Source: Octopus sinensis
Lineage: Eukaryota
Assembly (NCBI RefSeq): GCF_006345805.1
Contig: NC_042999.1
Location: 24,676,001 to 24,740,000 of the forward strand
Reading direction: 5' to 3'
Length of the DNA stretch: 64,000 bases
Position numbers and translations under genes: made by a program. The notes beneath the pieces were generated by a model, which saw only the letters and a program-made list of their open reading frames with translations, made no database searches and was not told the DNA's origin. Below are positions 11,348-24,945 of the stretch, in pieces. The stretch's first letter is position 1. Every line of letters begins with the position of its first letter.

Positions 11348-12823
11348 CCATCTGCAATTTAAAAAGCATAAAGTAAATGGTGTTTTTATCTTTTACTTGT
11401 TTCAGTCACTGGACTACAGCCATGCTGGAGCACCACCTTCAAGGGTTTAGTTTAACAAATCGACACCAATACTTCTTTTTAAGCCTGTTACTTATTCTAT
11501 TGTTTTTTTCTTAACTGTTGAGTAATAGGGATGTAAACAAACCAACAATGCTTGTCCAGCAGTTATTGGAGATAAAGAGGGGACAAACACAAAGACAACC
11601 CACACACATACATAATAGACTTCTTTCAGTTTCTGTCTATCAAACCTACTCACAAGGCTTTGCTTAGCCCAAGACTATAAGTACAAGACACTTGCCCAAG
11701 GTGCCATGTAATGGAACTGAACCCAGAACCATGCAGTGAAGAAACAAATTTCTTATTTCTTTATTGCCCACAAGGGGCTAAACAAAGGGATTAAGTCGAT
11801 TACATAGACCCCCCAGTGCGAAACTGGTACTTAATTTATCGACCCCGAAAGGATGAAAGGCAAAGTCAACCTCGGCGGAATTTGAACTCAGAACGTAACG
11901 GCAGACAAAATACCTATTTCTTTACTATCCACAAGGGGCTAAACATAGAGGGGACAAACAAGGACAGACAAACGGATTAAGTCGATTACATCAACCCCAG
12001 TGTGTAACTGGTACTTAATTTATCGACCCCGAAAGGATGGAAGGCAAAGTCGACCTCGGCGGAATTTGAGCTCAGAACGTAACGGCAGACGAAATACGGC
12101 TATGCATTTCGCCCGGCGTGCTAACCACTCTGCCAGCTCGACGCCACACAACTATGCCTGCACTTGTTAGTTCACCATGATTTGATCTTTCTTTTAAACA
12201 TCAAAGAAAATATAAAACTGTTGTTTAGAATGTAATACCACAGTCAAAAAGTTACTCTTTACTCTTTTACTTGTTTCAGTCATTTGACTGCGGCCATGCT
12301 GGAGCACCACCTTTAGTCGAGCAAATCGACCCCGGGACTTATTCTTTGTAAGCCCAGTACTTATTCTATCGGTCTCTTTTGCTGAACCGCTAAGTGACGG
12401 GGACGCAAACACACCAGCATCGGTTGTTAAGCAATGCTAGGGGGACAGACACAGACACACAAACACACACACATACATATATATACATATATACGACAGG
12501 CTTCTTTCAGTTTCCGTCTACCAAATCCACTCACATGGCATTGGTCGGCCCGGGGCTATAGCAGAAGACACTTGCCCAAGATGCCACGCAGTGGGACTGA
12601 ACCCGGAACCATGTAGTTGGTTAGCAAGCTACTTACCACACAGCCACAATTTCTATGGATACTTTCAAAAAATGATACCTCTCACTTTTTGGGACTGTTC
12701 AAATTTTTGGACATGTCCACTATTCCCAGGCGATATCTGACATCTTTACCAATCATCATTCAATCTTTCTATCGGGCATTGCTTATCAGGGACAACATTA
12801 GACAATGTGTCCTTTCCTTTTAA

Positions 12824-13455
12824 ACCTTTAGTGTTCTGATTATTCTATCAAACATAATGCTTATTGATTCACATTGATTTGAATTAATCATGCATTATCT
12901 GGAGTGGCTGTGTGGTAAGTAGCTTGCTAACCAACCACATGGTTCCAGGTTCAGTCCCGCTGCGTGGCATCTTGGGCAAGTGTCTTCTGCTATAGCCCCG
13001 GGCCGACCAATACCATGTGAGTGGATTTGGTAGACGGAAACTGAAAGAAGCCTGTCGTATATATGTATATATATATATGTATGTATGTGTGTGTGTGTTT
13101 GTGTGTCTGTGTTTGTCCCCCTAGCATTGCTTGACAACCGATGCTGGTGTGTTTACGTCCCCGTCACTTAGCGGTTTGGCAAAAGAGACTGATAGAATAA
13201 GTACTGGGCTTACAAAGAATAAGTCCCAGGGTCGATTTGCTCGACTAAAGGTGATGCTCCAGCATGGCTGCAGTCAAATGACTGAAACAAGTAAAAGAGT
13301 AAAAGAGTAACTCATATCTTCAAGATCTTGATGGTGTAATTACTTAATGTAGAATAACATTGTAGGGTAGGTGTGAGGGCCTGGATCTGGTCAGTTTGAA
13401 CATAAAACAGATTAAATATTTTGGCCGGATACAGGCCGGTTTAAATACTAAAGGG
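12824..13455 (-). mobile_element. piggyBac-like MITE copy interrupted by a family C SINE
   Basis: Reverse-complement match to 16827-17046, TTAA flanks, split by the SINE at 12901-13310. Confidence 0.7.
12901..13310 (+). mobile_element. Family C SINE (~400 bp; tRNA-like head, CORE-like segment, internal TA/CA microsatellite, (AAAAGAGT)n tail)
   Basis: A-box tggctgtgtggtaag, B-box ggttcagtccc, cttgggcaagtgtcttc. Other copies: 11390-11750 (-), 12255-12648 (-), 19070-19432 (-), 20925-21290 (-), 28696-29090 (+), 32505-32942 (-), 34355-34570 (+, deleted), 40190-40810 (-), 41490-41935 (-), 43185-43612 (-), 43830-44512 (-), 44735-45220 (+), 56995-57450 (-). Confidence 0.9.
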
Positions 13456-13647
13456 TTAAAGATGGTAGGTTGTATTGTGAGTAGGATTTTGTTATTTCTC
13501 TCAATTTTCTGGTGCATATTTCTGTCTGTGAAAAGTAGGCCATTAATATTTATGTTTTATGGCAGTGCTATGTGACTGACATGGCACAGTGGTAGGAGAT
13601 GTGCTATAGTGACAGAGTAGAAACACTGACTCTTTAGTCTAAGTTAT

Positions 13648-14045
13648 CATCATCATTGTTCGACCGTGGTTGAGACAATGGAATTTACCATGCTACGCCA
13701 GACTTCACGGTCCATCATGGCATTACGGAGGTCCTGTTGCTGGATGCCTGTATCCCTGGAGATTACATCAGGGTAGGAGAGTGTGCGCCCTCTGGTATCA
13801 TGAGTAGATGGCTTCCAGAGAAGAAGAGCAGGAATTGCCTCGTTTTCAGCTCTACAACAATGTCCAGCAAACTGGACTCTCCTACCTTTCACAAGAGATG
13901 ACACAGGTGGTAGTTTCCCATATATTTGTATTTTGGTTGGATGGCGCTTCCACGAGAGATTTTGAGCTCTCATAAGGAGGCGAGTGTAGGTTCCATCCAA
14001 CCGCCTCTCAAGTTTCTTTGATAACGTCCAGGTTTCTGAGCCATA
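13648..14045 (-). mobile_element. RTE/RTE-X LINE 3' end, 5'-truncated
   Basis: LYGSETWTLSKKLERRLDGTYTRLL...RRVQFAGHCCR...; (GAT)n tail; 8-bp TSD taagttat (13640-13647, 14046-14053). Confidence 0.88.
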
Positions 14046-14929
14046 TAAGTTATGCATTTGTCAACAACAACGACTCTCAGATGTATACAACAACATTTAC
14101 TCAGTTACTCAACCCACTTGAAATAGCAGCCAGATGGGATGGGCATGACTGGATCACTTTTGATATACATGGGTTTGATCATTACTGACCCAGGGCTCAA
14201 CAACATGTATACAACATTAATGCTGATGATGATAATGATGGTAAAAGTAATTAGCCATCAATATTGTCAGCTGATTTAATAGTCATTAAGTCGATCAATG
14301 TTCTGTTCAATATAATTTTACTTTTGTTCAACTGAAAAACTATCATCTGGCATTCAATAGACATCACTATCTTTTACACAATATTCTTACTTTTGAGCAA
14401 CAACAGAAAACATGGGAGCTACTTATGTTATTAAAAACTTAATAGATTTAATTTTCTAATATAGTTAATGTTCACATCAAAACTTAAATAGAAATAATAG
14501 TGGCGAGAGAAAAAATATTGGCTTAGTAACTAATAGTATTCTAATTATATAGCAAGTATGGGAGACAACTCCATACACTTTCAGCTTATTAGACCTCTTC
14601 ATTCAATCATAAACTTCATTATATTTGTGGAAGTAGTGATGAAGGAACCACTATGCATGTGTTCAATATTTTACAGGAGTAGGAGTAAAAAATTAGCATT
14701 ATTCATTAATTTATTAAGATATTATTTAACAAACTAAACTGTTGAGAAAGATAAATTGAAATAAAGGTTCCTATCTCCCACCAAACAAGATGCAGAAAAT
14801 GCTAATAGAGAAGACAAACAGCAAAATCTAAATCAGTTGGAGGAAATGGCTTCAGAAAATAAAGAAAGGTGATTGAAAGATTCTAGTCGCTAGAATCCTT
14901 CAATCACCTTTCTTTATTTTCTCTGTCTG

Positions 14930-15363
14930 TCTATGCCGCATCCTTCATGTCCGATGGCATCACTTTGTCTTCAACAATTCGGTGCGACACCAGTGCAGAA
15001 TCACCTCCCTCTGACAAGTCATCCTAACGAGACGTCTGCGTTGGCTGGGTCATGCCCTCCGTCGTCAACCAGGAGAATTCATCTACGAAGCAATTGCCCC
15101 AGCTCCCCTTCAGGGTTGGCGAAAGCGATGTGGTGGACAACGAAAAACCTGGCTGATGACAGTCAAGGCTGATCTGGAACCCAACCTAGGTCCCCATATC
15201 TACAGCGTTCACCGCTGGAATAAAGAGTGGTTGGAGATCACGCAGTTGTTAACCTCAAATCGCCAGGCCTGGTCGGCGTTTGCGAGAGATGCAGCACTGA
15301 GGATAAATGAAGCCAGCTCAACCCACCCCGGGTGAATGCTGTCAAGTTAAGTCAAGTCAAGTC
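14930..15363 (+). mobile_element. RTE-type LINE 3' end with (AAGTC)n tail
   Basis: RILHVRWHHFV.N..VR...RRLRWLGHALRR...GWRKRCGGQRKTWL.TVKADL...NRQAWSAF; probable 12-bp TSD aaaataaagaaa (14856-14867, 15364-15375). Confidence 0.8.
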
Positions 15364-16011
15364 AAAATAAAGAAAAACTTTTAATGTCTTGTAGATATAT
15401 ATAACCAATTGTAACGGAGGTGTCACAAAGCTGCACATAAAATGCAACTAAAACAAATATTGCACATAATAAAAAGGATATTGTAGAAAGTGTGAAATCA
15501 TTTGAAATTTTTTAGTTTTATTCATGTAAAAATTGCAGAAAGATGACAACCGTTTATAGTACATTCCACCTATTGCATAGATCAGTGATTGATCTATAAC
15601 AGAACGAGAATTCCTGGTTCTAAACTGAGATTAATAATTTGATTATCCTCAGGGCTGTGTGTTTACATTTGACTACTATTTAACATCTAGTGACTGGTTA
15701 TATCTTGCTGTTTATTTCATCATTACTACAATAGAATCAGTTTTGAATGATAATGGATAACATGAAATATTACATTACTGATGTATCCAGTTTCTCCAAT
15801 AGCCAAATTTAATTGAAAGAGTCCTAAATCTGAGACACAGCCTTTCTTGGCAGCTGAAACATTACATTGATATTGTAGCCTGGCATGAAATTTTGTTTTA
15901 CGTAGACTGGACAAGTATTGTGTCCAGTGCATTAGTTTATACTAATTTTCATTGCTTAATCAATATTACAGCAAATCTATTAAGTTGTTGTCAGCAGGAA
16001 TAAAAAATGAC

Positions 16012-16240
16012 GGCGAGCTGGCAGAATCGTTAGCACGCCGGGCGAAATGCGTAGCCGTATTTCGTCTGCCGTTACATTCTGAGTTCAAATTCCGCCGAGG
16101 TTGACTTTGCCTTTCATCCTTTCGGGGTCGATAAATTAAGTACCAGTTACGCACTGGGGGTCGATGTAATCGACTTAATCCGTTTGTCTGTCCTTGTTTG
16201 TCCCCTCTATGTTTAGCCCCTTGTGGGTAGTAAAGAAATA
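16012..16240 (+). mobile_element. Family B SINE (~230 bp, tRNA-like head)
   Basis: 16-bp TSD aggaataaaaaatgac. Other copies: 11755-11905 and 11906-12142 (-, tandem), 31250-31480 (-), 33883-34113 (+), 35572-35792 (+), degenerate ~8770-8960 (-). Confidence 0.9.
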
Positions 16241-16826
16241 AGGAATAAAAAATGACCATGTTGTCTGAAATTCTGCAGACTTTGCTTTTAATGAAGAATT
16301 AAAAATAAAGCAGTTTGCAGGATTTTTGTAGAGGAGGGTTAACTTTTGTAGGCTCTTTGAGAAAAAAAATTAAGACGGAGAATGTTCTTTTTAACAGATA
16401 CAAGTCAACAGCTCCAGGAAAAAGCATAAAGAGAAAAGGAATTCCAGTGGGACAATGTTTTTAGGAGAAAGCACTGAGCTGGAGTTGACACTCTGAGTAA
16501 GAGGATTGCTTGAGAAGAAGTGGTATGAGATCAGCCAGTTGAGGAGTGGAAGCTATTATAGTAGAATAAGACAAGACAGAGACTAGACAGCATATCTATG
16601 AGGCAGAGATTGGATTGTATTGGTGATTGACTTTATGCTGATCACTTAAATGGTCCTTCTTTGTATGTGGTACAGGATGTCTGTATAAGGACAAAACTAT
16701 CTGAGATGTGGGAACAACGTTTCACAGTAGACTGTACTTAAGCATTATTAAGGGTTAGCAGTAGTTGGGAAGCTGAAGTATTTTCTGTGTCTAAAGAGGA
16801 AGGTCAATCTGAGTGATGCAGTTTAA

Positions 16827-17046
16827 CCCTTTAGTGTTTAAACCGGCCATATCTGGCCCAGATATTCCACATGTTTTATATTCAAACTGGCCATATCTGG
16901 TCTCTCACACCTAACCTACATTGACATTCTAAAAATAAACAATCACATCATTGAAACCTCAAAGCTATAACATAATGCATGACTAATTCAAAACAATTTG
17001 AGTGAAAAAGTATTACATTTAATAGAGAAATTTGAACACCAAAGGG
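16827..17046 (+). mobile_element. piggyBac-like MITE (TTAA TSD, CCC...GGG ends)
   Basis: ttaa-ccctttagtgtttaaa ... tttgaacaccaaaggg-ttaa; 14 of 16 TIR positions match. Confidence 0.75.
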
Positions 17047-17509
17047 TTAAAGATGGTAGTGATTTATTTCCCATTTGTTCCTGCTATTAGAAAAATCAGA
17101 TGGGGAAGAACAGTATCAATGGCTCTTGCTGCACACTGAAGATTGATGTGGTTGGTGTTTTATTTGAATTACTGTGGTTCAGTGTCTGAATGTAGATGGA
17201 GAAAATTCTAGAGAATGGCAGCTCTGACAAGGAATGATTGGCTAAAATAATTAGTCCAAGATCAAAGTGGATTGCAAAATAGATCGAAGGGTGAGGAAAT
17301 GGTCTTATTTTCTTGAATTTTCCAGATGTGTTCCAGAGTTGTTTAATAGTATTCAGTGTAGACTCTCTCTTCTTGGTTTGATGAAAGAGGTTTGACTGAC
17401 TTTTAATGTAGAGGTAAACTAAAAAGTAAGTTATTTAGTCTGGATTTTTTTTTTAGTCAACTTCTCACCCTTCTTTCCAGTAACTTTCCGTACCCTTCAT
17501 TTTACATAA

Positions 17510-17903
17510 TCTTTATATATAAAAGTGAGGTTGTGTGCTGTCTGTCTCCTACGATTTAGATTCCTAACTACTCCCACATTTTGCGGTGCAGTTTAACCAA
17601 AACCGGGTATCTTATAGTCGTGATACATATCGAGCCCTTCTGGGTATTAGCGCACGTCTACGATGAGTCTACGATTAAAAAAAAATTTACCATCATTTTT
17701 TTCCATTTTAATGCATTTTTTCGCTATTATATAAGGGAAGTAACTCTCTAAAAATGTCTACGACGAGTCAACGATTTAAAAAAAAATTTACCATTTTTTC
17801 CCATTTTTAATGCATTTTTTTGCTATTTTTTGGCTATAACTCTAATAATGCTTATATAGTTATTTCCCTTACAAACCCGAGCAACGTCGGGCAATACTGC
17901 TAG
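17510..17903 (+). mobile_element. Non-autonomous Helitron
   Basis: 5' TC, 3' hairpin cccga-gcaacg-tcggg followed by CTAG, inserted between A (17509) and T (17904), no TSD. Confidence 0.8.
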
Positions 17904-18113
17904 TATTAGATAAAGTAAATAATGCATTGGTGAGTGAAGAGTTGATAGCCAATAGGATGGCCTGTGTTTGGACCACTAAGAAAATGGGAAGCATGTCAAG
18001 CAATGATGTAGGGAATCACCTCATTTAGATTCCATATATAGGCATAACCTGCCATGAACAACATCCCTCATGTAAGTTAACTTCTTTAAGAGATAGACTT
18101 ATGAATGGGATGA

Positions 18114-18372
18114 TGATTATGATAGGTTACCCTTGATTGAACAGACCTACAATCAAAGATATTCTAGCCATGACTATCCTGTTTTTCTAGGACATATCTA
18201 AGAATATATCATCTAATGTCTTTTACTCTCAGGGGCTGGCTTATGTAAGGGATGTTGGTTATGATAGGTGTTATCCTTGATTGAGCAGACCTATAATCAA
18301 AGATATTCTAGCCATGACCACCCTGTTTTTTTAGGACATATCTAAGACTTTATTACCAAATGTCTTTTACTT
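18114..18372. repeat. Diverged tandem duplication of ~115-140 bp
   Basis: ttatgatagg...caatcaaagatattctagccatgac...ggacatatctaag...aatgtcttttact occurs twice. Confidence 0.75.
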
Positions 18373-21300
18373 TGTTGGATAATAATAACAATAATAATAA
18401 TAATGAAATTATTGTATACAGTGCTCAGGTGCACCACAACTTGTCATAAAGTGCATATAAAGTATATGCAGTAATGTACAAATGTCTGGAAAGTGAACAA
18501 TGTATGAGTCAGATACATGCTTGTGTGTGTATGGAGGGGAGGAAATCAGGTGTAGTGTTGGCGAATCTCAGAAAGCATGGAAGTTTTGAAGGATGCAGTG
18601 AAATGTTGAGGGAGATTTGGTTGCTACTTTTAACAGATTGATTGATCATATAGAGGCTCTTTTATCAACTCCAATGTTTGTGTGTACTACAGGGGTACCA
18701 ACAATGGAAAATATGTGAAGAACTGTCTAGTTATTAATTATCAGTTGTAGGGTAGTGGATTAGTAGAGGTACCAAAGTACCTCGAGCAGAGTTTAACTTT
18801 GTTGCAAGCATTTGAGCCAGGCTAGATTTCTGGTTTAAGGATAATCTCTTCCCTTCCTTCCATCAGTTTCACAGGACTGAGAGAAGAAATGGTCAACGGA
18901 GCTGCCTTATTCTCCCTGATCAGAGGGTAAAAAAAAAATTCTGTTTTGGTCAACTTTACCTTCATCTTTCTACTATTGATAAGATCTCATTCTTGCTCAC
19001 AACATCATAAGCGGAAAGTGTAACCTCTCGAAAGAGCTGTTCTTCACTCCTGCTCCAGAGCGTCATTCGCCTGCGGCCATGCTGGAGCACCGCCTTTAGT
19101 CGAGCAAATCGACCCCGGGACTTATTCTTTGTAAGCCCAGTACTTATTCTATCGGTCTCTTTTGCCGAACCGCTAAGTGATGGGGACGTAAACACACCAG
19201 CATCGGTTGTCAAGCAATGCTAGGGGAACAAACACAGACACACAAACATGCACACACACATATATATACATACATACGACAGGCTTCTTTCAGTTTCCAT
19301 CTACCAAATCCACTCACAAGGCATTGGTCGGCCCGGGGCTATAGCAGAAGACACTTGCCCAAGATGCCACGCAGTGGGACTGAACCCAGAACCATGTGGT
19401 TGGTTAGCAAGCTACTTACCACACAGCCACACCTCAATATTAATCCTTTTAACATTTCTCCTTGTTGTGGCCGTAGCCAGTACCGCATTGACTGGCCTCC
19501 GTGCCGGTGGCACATAAAAAACACCATCCGAGCGTGGCCGTTCGCCAGCCTCGTCTGGCACCTGTGTCGGTGGCACATAAAATCACCCACTACCCTCTCG
19601 GAGTGGTTGGCGTTAGGAAAGGCATCCAGCTGTAGAAACACTGCCAGATCTGACTGGCCTGGTACAGCCTTCTGGCTTCCCAGACCCCAGTTGAACCGTC
19701 CAACCCATGCTAGCATGGAAAGCGGACGTTAAACGATGATGATGATGATGACATAGGTTGGCTGAGAGAATATATTTGGTAAAATATATTTTGTAAAATA
19801 CTATGGAATGTTATGAAAATATTACTAATCCCCCGCATACATACATACATACATTCACTGGCTCCAAAAGATAAATTTGAGCAACAAATTTTCCAGTAGC
19901 AAAAACAGATTCTAATTTAGATGCTATTGGCAATAATTTGTGATATTTGATATACCTACTTAGGTAGCATGCCTAGGTAATAGCAGAGGTGATATGGATT
20001 AATTTATTTAGAATAATCTAGTGATATCCTGGCAACCAATCTCACTGAATAATCCTGAAAGAAGCTTGGAACATCTGTAACAATATTTTCACAAATTGGC
20101 TTTTACTATTTATTTTTATATATTTAGCTTATTCCTTTCACTGTAATTTGTAAGTGATCAGAAAAAGCTGCGTGACTAATGAATATTCAAAAGAACTATT
20201 ATCTAATGTTAAATTACCTTCTGGAGAAAGGAGAGAGGATGTATTGAAAAAAAAAACTGTGCTCTACTTTTTATAACTGCATAAAACAAACCACTGACAC
20301 AGAAGTAGAATCATGTGATTATATGCTTTGTTCTAGAAGGTGAGTAACAGATGCAAGTTTTAATTTATTGATTTTTAAAAAATGATTAAGTAAAATAAAA
20401 CAACTAAATCAAAGTGTGCTTTTGGTAATCAATAAAACAAATCTGAATTTTGTTAAAGCAAAAAGGTAAAAAGAAGAAAATAAAATCAATAAGTTTGGTT
20501 AATTTCAAACAGAATTCAAAAATATGAAGTTCAATGGCTATAATATATATATTCGAAATCGAAATCGGAATCGAAATTGAACCAATCCTATGACTGGCAC
20601 CCGGCAGTTACCAGGACCCCTGGACTGGTGGTACGTAAAAAGCGCTATCCGAATTGTGGCCGATGCCAGTGCCGCCTCGACTGGCTTCTGTGCCGGTGGC
20701 ACGTAAAATGCACCAATCCGATCCTGGCCGTTGCCAGCCTCGCCTGGCACGTAAAAAGCACCCACTACACTCACGGAGTGGTTGCCGTTAGGAAGGGCAT
20801 CCAGCTGTAGAAACACTGCCAGATCAGACTGGAGCCTGGCTTCCCAGATCCCCGGTCGAACAGTCCAACCCATGCTAGCATGGAAAACAGACGTTAAACG
20901 ATGATGATGATATATATATATATCTCATTTCAGTCATTAGACTGTGGCCATGCTGGGGCACTACCTTGAAGAACTTCTAGTCAAGTGGATCGATCCCAGT
21001 ACTTATTTTTTGTTTTTCAAGCCTGGTACTTATTCTATTGGTCTCTTTTGCTGAACCGCTAGGTTATGGGGACATAAGCACACGAACACTGGTTATTAAG
21101 CGGTGGTGGGACGGATGGACACACACACAAATGGGCTTCTTTCAGTTTCTGTCTACCAAATCCATACCACTCACAAAGCTTTGATTGGCCTGAGGCTGTA
21201 GCAGAAGACACTTGTCCAAGGTGCCATGCAGTGGGACTGAACCCAGGACCATGTGGTTGCGAAGTAAACTTCTTACCACAGCCATGTGTGATATATACAC

Positions 21301-22138
21301 ATACACACAAACACACAAATAGTCTGTAACTGAACCACTGGTGCTGGTAAGTGTGGCTTTATGGTAAAAAAGTTCATGGGCCTCCAGGTGCAATCCTACT
21401 GTGCAGCACTTTGGGAATGTTTTCTACCATAACCTCAAATAGACACACACTTAGCGGTTTGGCAAAATGAGACCGATAGAATAAGTACTGGGCTTACAAA
21501 GAATAAGTCCTGGGGTCAATTTGCTCGACTAAAGGTGGTGCTCCAGCAAGGCCACAGTCAAATGACTGAAACAAGTAAAAGAAAAAAAATATACAAGTCA
21601 ACCTGTGTTCTCTAATTGCATTCCCCTCCCTTTCATCTCTCATTCTCCTTCCACACTCATGAAATTACCTACCCTCTCAGCCTATCCAATCCTCCGTGCA
21701 ACTTATATACATCTTGTACCTTGAGAGTACACCCTGACACATCTTCACCATCTTCTCTCTTCTCTCAATTGGGGTGGCCATGTATCTCATCTACTGCAAC
21801 ACACCTGTCTTTTTGTTCCTTTATCATACTCTAATCTCTCAACACCTGACACAATGCCACTTCCTTCAATACTACACCACTTCTCAGATGAGAGGTCCAC
21901 TCTTGCATGTTACTTAGTGACCCTGTTGGTGCTGCTGCCACACAAAAAGTACTCCATACACTCTGAAAAGTGGTTGGCATTAGGAATGGCATCTAACTGT
22001 AGAAATTGTGCCAGTAGATAGTAGAGCTTGGCACAGTCTTCTGGTTTTTCAGTTCCAGTCAAACTGCCCAATCCATGCCAGCATGGAAAGCAGATGTTAA
22101 ATGATAATGATGATGAGAGATGTATGTGTGTATATGTC

Positions 22139-22170
<32 letters not shown>

Positions 22171-22255
22171 TATATATATAATATATATATATATATGCAC
22201 ATACACACACACATGTACATGTGTCTGTCTGTCTGTTTATCTATCTATCTATCTA

Positions 22256-22294
<39 letters not shown>

Positions 22295-23329
22295 CATCTA
22301 TGTACCATCCTTAATATAAATACATAGTAAGAAAGCAAATTTACTGCAATATTCATCCAGAGATAACACCCCTTATAGATGTCTTGTGTTTAAAAACACA
22401 ATGTATATTGAAGGCCGTCTCAGCAGCAACCAGTTAGAATGCCAGATACATTTCAGCCTCATTGGTCCTTGTAAATGCTGTGTGCTCACAGCCAACTGCA
22501 TGCTTGTTTTTATATTCAGTTATAGTAAAAAGGGTTACTCAATGCTTTTGTAGAGTATAAATCTATCATTCCTGAGCAAGAATAGTATTGACAGTGACTC
22601 TGAAGTTTCATCCAGCTAAGCCATTATCGGACTGTCTGATGCTGGCTTAGCTGGCCAACACTTCGAAGTCACAGTCAATACTATTCTAATTAAAGAGTAA
22701 TATCATCATCATCGTTTAACATCCGTTTTCCAAACTAGCACGGGTTGGACGGTTCAACTGGGGATCTTGGGAAGCCAAGAGGCTGCACCAGGCTCCAGTC
22801 TGATCTGGCAGTGTTTCTATAGCCGGATGCCCTTCGTAACACCAACCACTCCGTGAGTGTAGCGGGTGCTTTTTATGTGCCACCGGCTCAGAGGCCAGAG
22901 GAGGTTGGCATACGGCCACAATCAGTTGATGCTTATTATGTGCCACCGGCATGGACTCCAGTCAAGGTGGTGCTAGCATCGGCCATGCTCGGATGGTGCT
23001 TTTTACGTGCCACTGGCACAGGTATCACAACTGCAATTTCCATTTGATATTAATGTACTCGACTAAATAGGTCTCCTCAAGTATAGCAGGTCACCCTACG
23101 ATCCAAGGTTAGCACAGCAGGCTTTCCTGTGAGCCATGAACTCACTTCATTTGTTGGGTCTTCGGAGTCACAGCATATCTCAGAGGCCTGCTGTGCTAAC
23201 CTTGGATCATAGGGCGACCTGCTGTGCTTAAGGAGACCTATTGAGTTAAGTACATCAACATCAAAATAAAAATTAAATGGATATTGTAGTTGTGATACCT
23301 GTGCCGGTGGCATGTTGGGCCTCACAGAG

Positions 23330-23530
23330 GCAATGATGAAAGACCAGTAGGGGAAGAAACTTTCTAAACTTTGCCCAGGCTATTCTTATTCTAGTGGTAA
23401 CACTCTCTGAGCATCCACCCCCACTACTAACTTGGTCACCTAGGTAGTGGAAACTATCAACTACTTCTAGTTTCTCCCCCTGGAGTGTGATGGAATCTGT
23501 TTTCTGAGTATCTGTGGGGTGTCTATTGCT
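23330..23530 (-). mobile_element. RTE LINE RT C-terminal fragment
   Basis: GEKLEVVDSFHYLGDQVSSGGGCSESVTTRIRIAWAKFRKFLPLL. Confidence 0.8.
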
Positions 23531-23750
23531 GCTGTGCATCTGCCGCACAAGAAAGCTATCTTCTCAGTTAATTTTCCTCTTATGTGTCCATAGCTTACAC
23601 TGGGTACATCTGGTGGTGGTGGTGGGGGGGGGGGAAGTCACACATACATATACATACAAGCATGCATATACACATATGCATGCATATACACACATACATG
23701 CATACACACAGATACATGCATGCATATACATACATACATATACATACATG

Positions 23751-24047
23751 GTGGAGGCACATGGCTTAGTGGTTAGAGCAGCAGACTCGTGGTCAAGGGA
23801 TCACGGTTCGAATCTCAGACCAGGCGATGTGTGTGTTTATGAGCGAAACACCTAAGCTTCACGCAGCTCCGGCAGAAGGTAATGGCGAACTTCTGCTGAC
23901 TCTTTCGCCACAACTTTGTCTCACTCTTTCCTCCTGCATCTTGCAGCTCACCTGCGATGGACTGGCGTCCCGTCCAGGTGAGGAACCTATACGCCAAGGA
24001 AACCAGCCCTTATGAGCCTGGCATGGCTCGAAAAGGAACAAAAAAAA
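23751..24047 (+). mobile_element. Family D tRNA-derived SINE
   Basis: A-box tggcttagtgg and B-box ggttcgaatc; 13-bp TSD atatacatacatg. Confidence 0.88.
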
Positions 24048-24589
24048 ATATACATACATGATGGGCTTCTCTCAGCCTCCATATACCAAATCCACACACA
24101 TGGCTTGGTCAGCTCAGGGCTATTGTTGAAGACCCTTGCACAAGGTACACACAGTGATAATGAGTCCAAAACCACACAGCCATGACTGCATCTGTATATA
24201 TTTATATATGTGTGTATGGACAAAGGACTGGGACATCTGTCACTTTGCTATGATCAAGAAAGCCCATTCACCACAGTAGAATTGATACGAGTGCTGGTGT
24301 CACATAAATGGTAGCCAGTACACTCTGTGGAGTGGTTGGCATTAGGAAGGGCATACAACTGTAGAAACTATGTCAGAACTGACAATGGAGCCTGGTGCAA
24401 CCCCTGGACTTACCAGCTCCAGTCAAACCATTGAAAATGGACATTAAATGATGATGATGATGATGATGTGTGTGTGTACACACACACATTAATATACAGA
24501 TATACATAGATGTGTGTTACAGCTTCTTAATGACTACCTTTATGTTTGGGAAAATTTTTCCAAGATCTTCCGTAATATGCATATTGCCA

Positions 24590-24945
24590 ATCAGTATGGT
24601 CCTTTATCATCCCCCTCCCTAAGATGTAACATCTTCAGGACAGTATTTTTCAATTTTTCCTATGTCTTCCTTGATCACCCTTTTCCACAGGTTTCACTAA
24701 GTTGGAGCACACAGTACTTCCTTATTCACGAATCATTTGCTGTACATCTCACATGATCATACAAGTACAGTCTTTTTCTCTTGTATGTTATACTTGATTC
24801 CTCTTATGCCTGGTCTTTTCTCTCAGTTCATATGTACTCAGCACACTAACATTACTCATCCATTGAAGCATGCTTCATTTCTTTCTTGCCTTTTAAAATC
24901 TTCTACATTCAAGGTTCAGGTTTCACAACTATACAGCATCATATT
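24590..24945 (-). mobile_element. Decayed RTE LINE 3' fragment
   Basis: Minus-strand translation resembles MLYSCET*TLNVED..R.ERNE..ML.WM..V...LREK.GIRGI. Confidence 0.55.

Noticed and set aside
23751-23830. tRNA-like sequence with A and B boxes
   Set aside because: It is the head of a SINE with a TSD, lacks an intact cloverleaf, and is repeated elsewhere with the same body.
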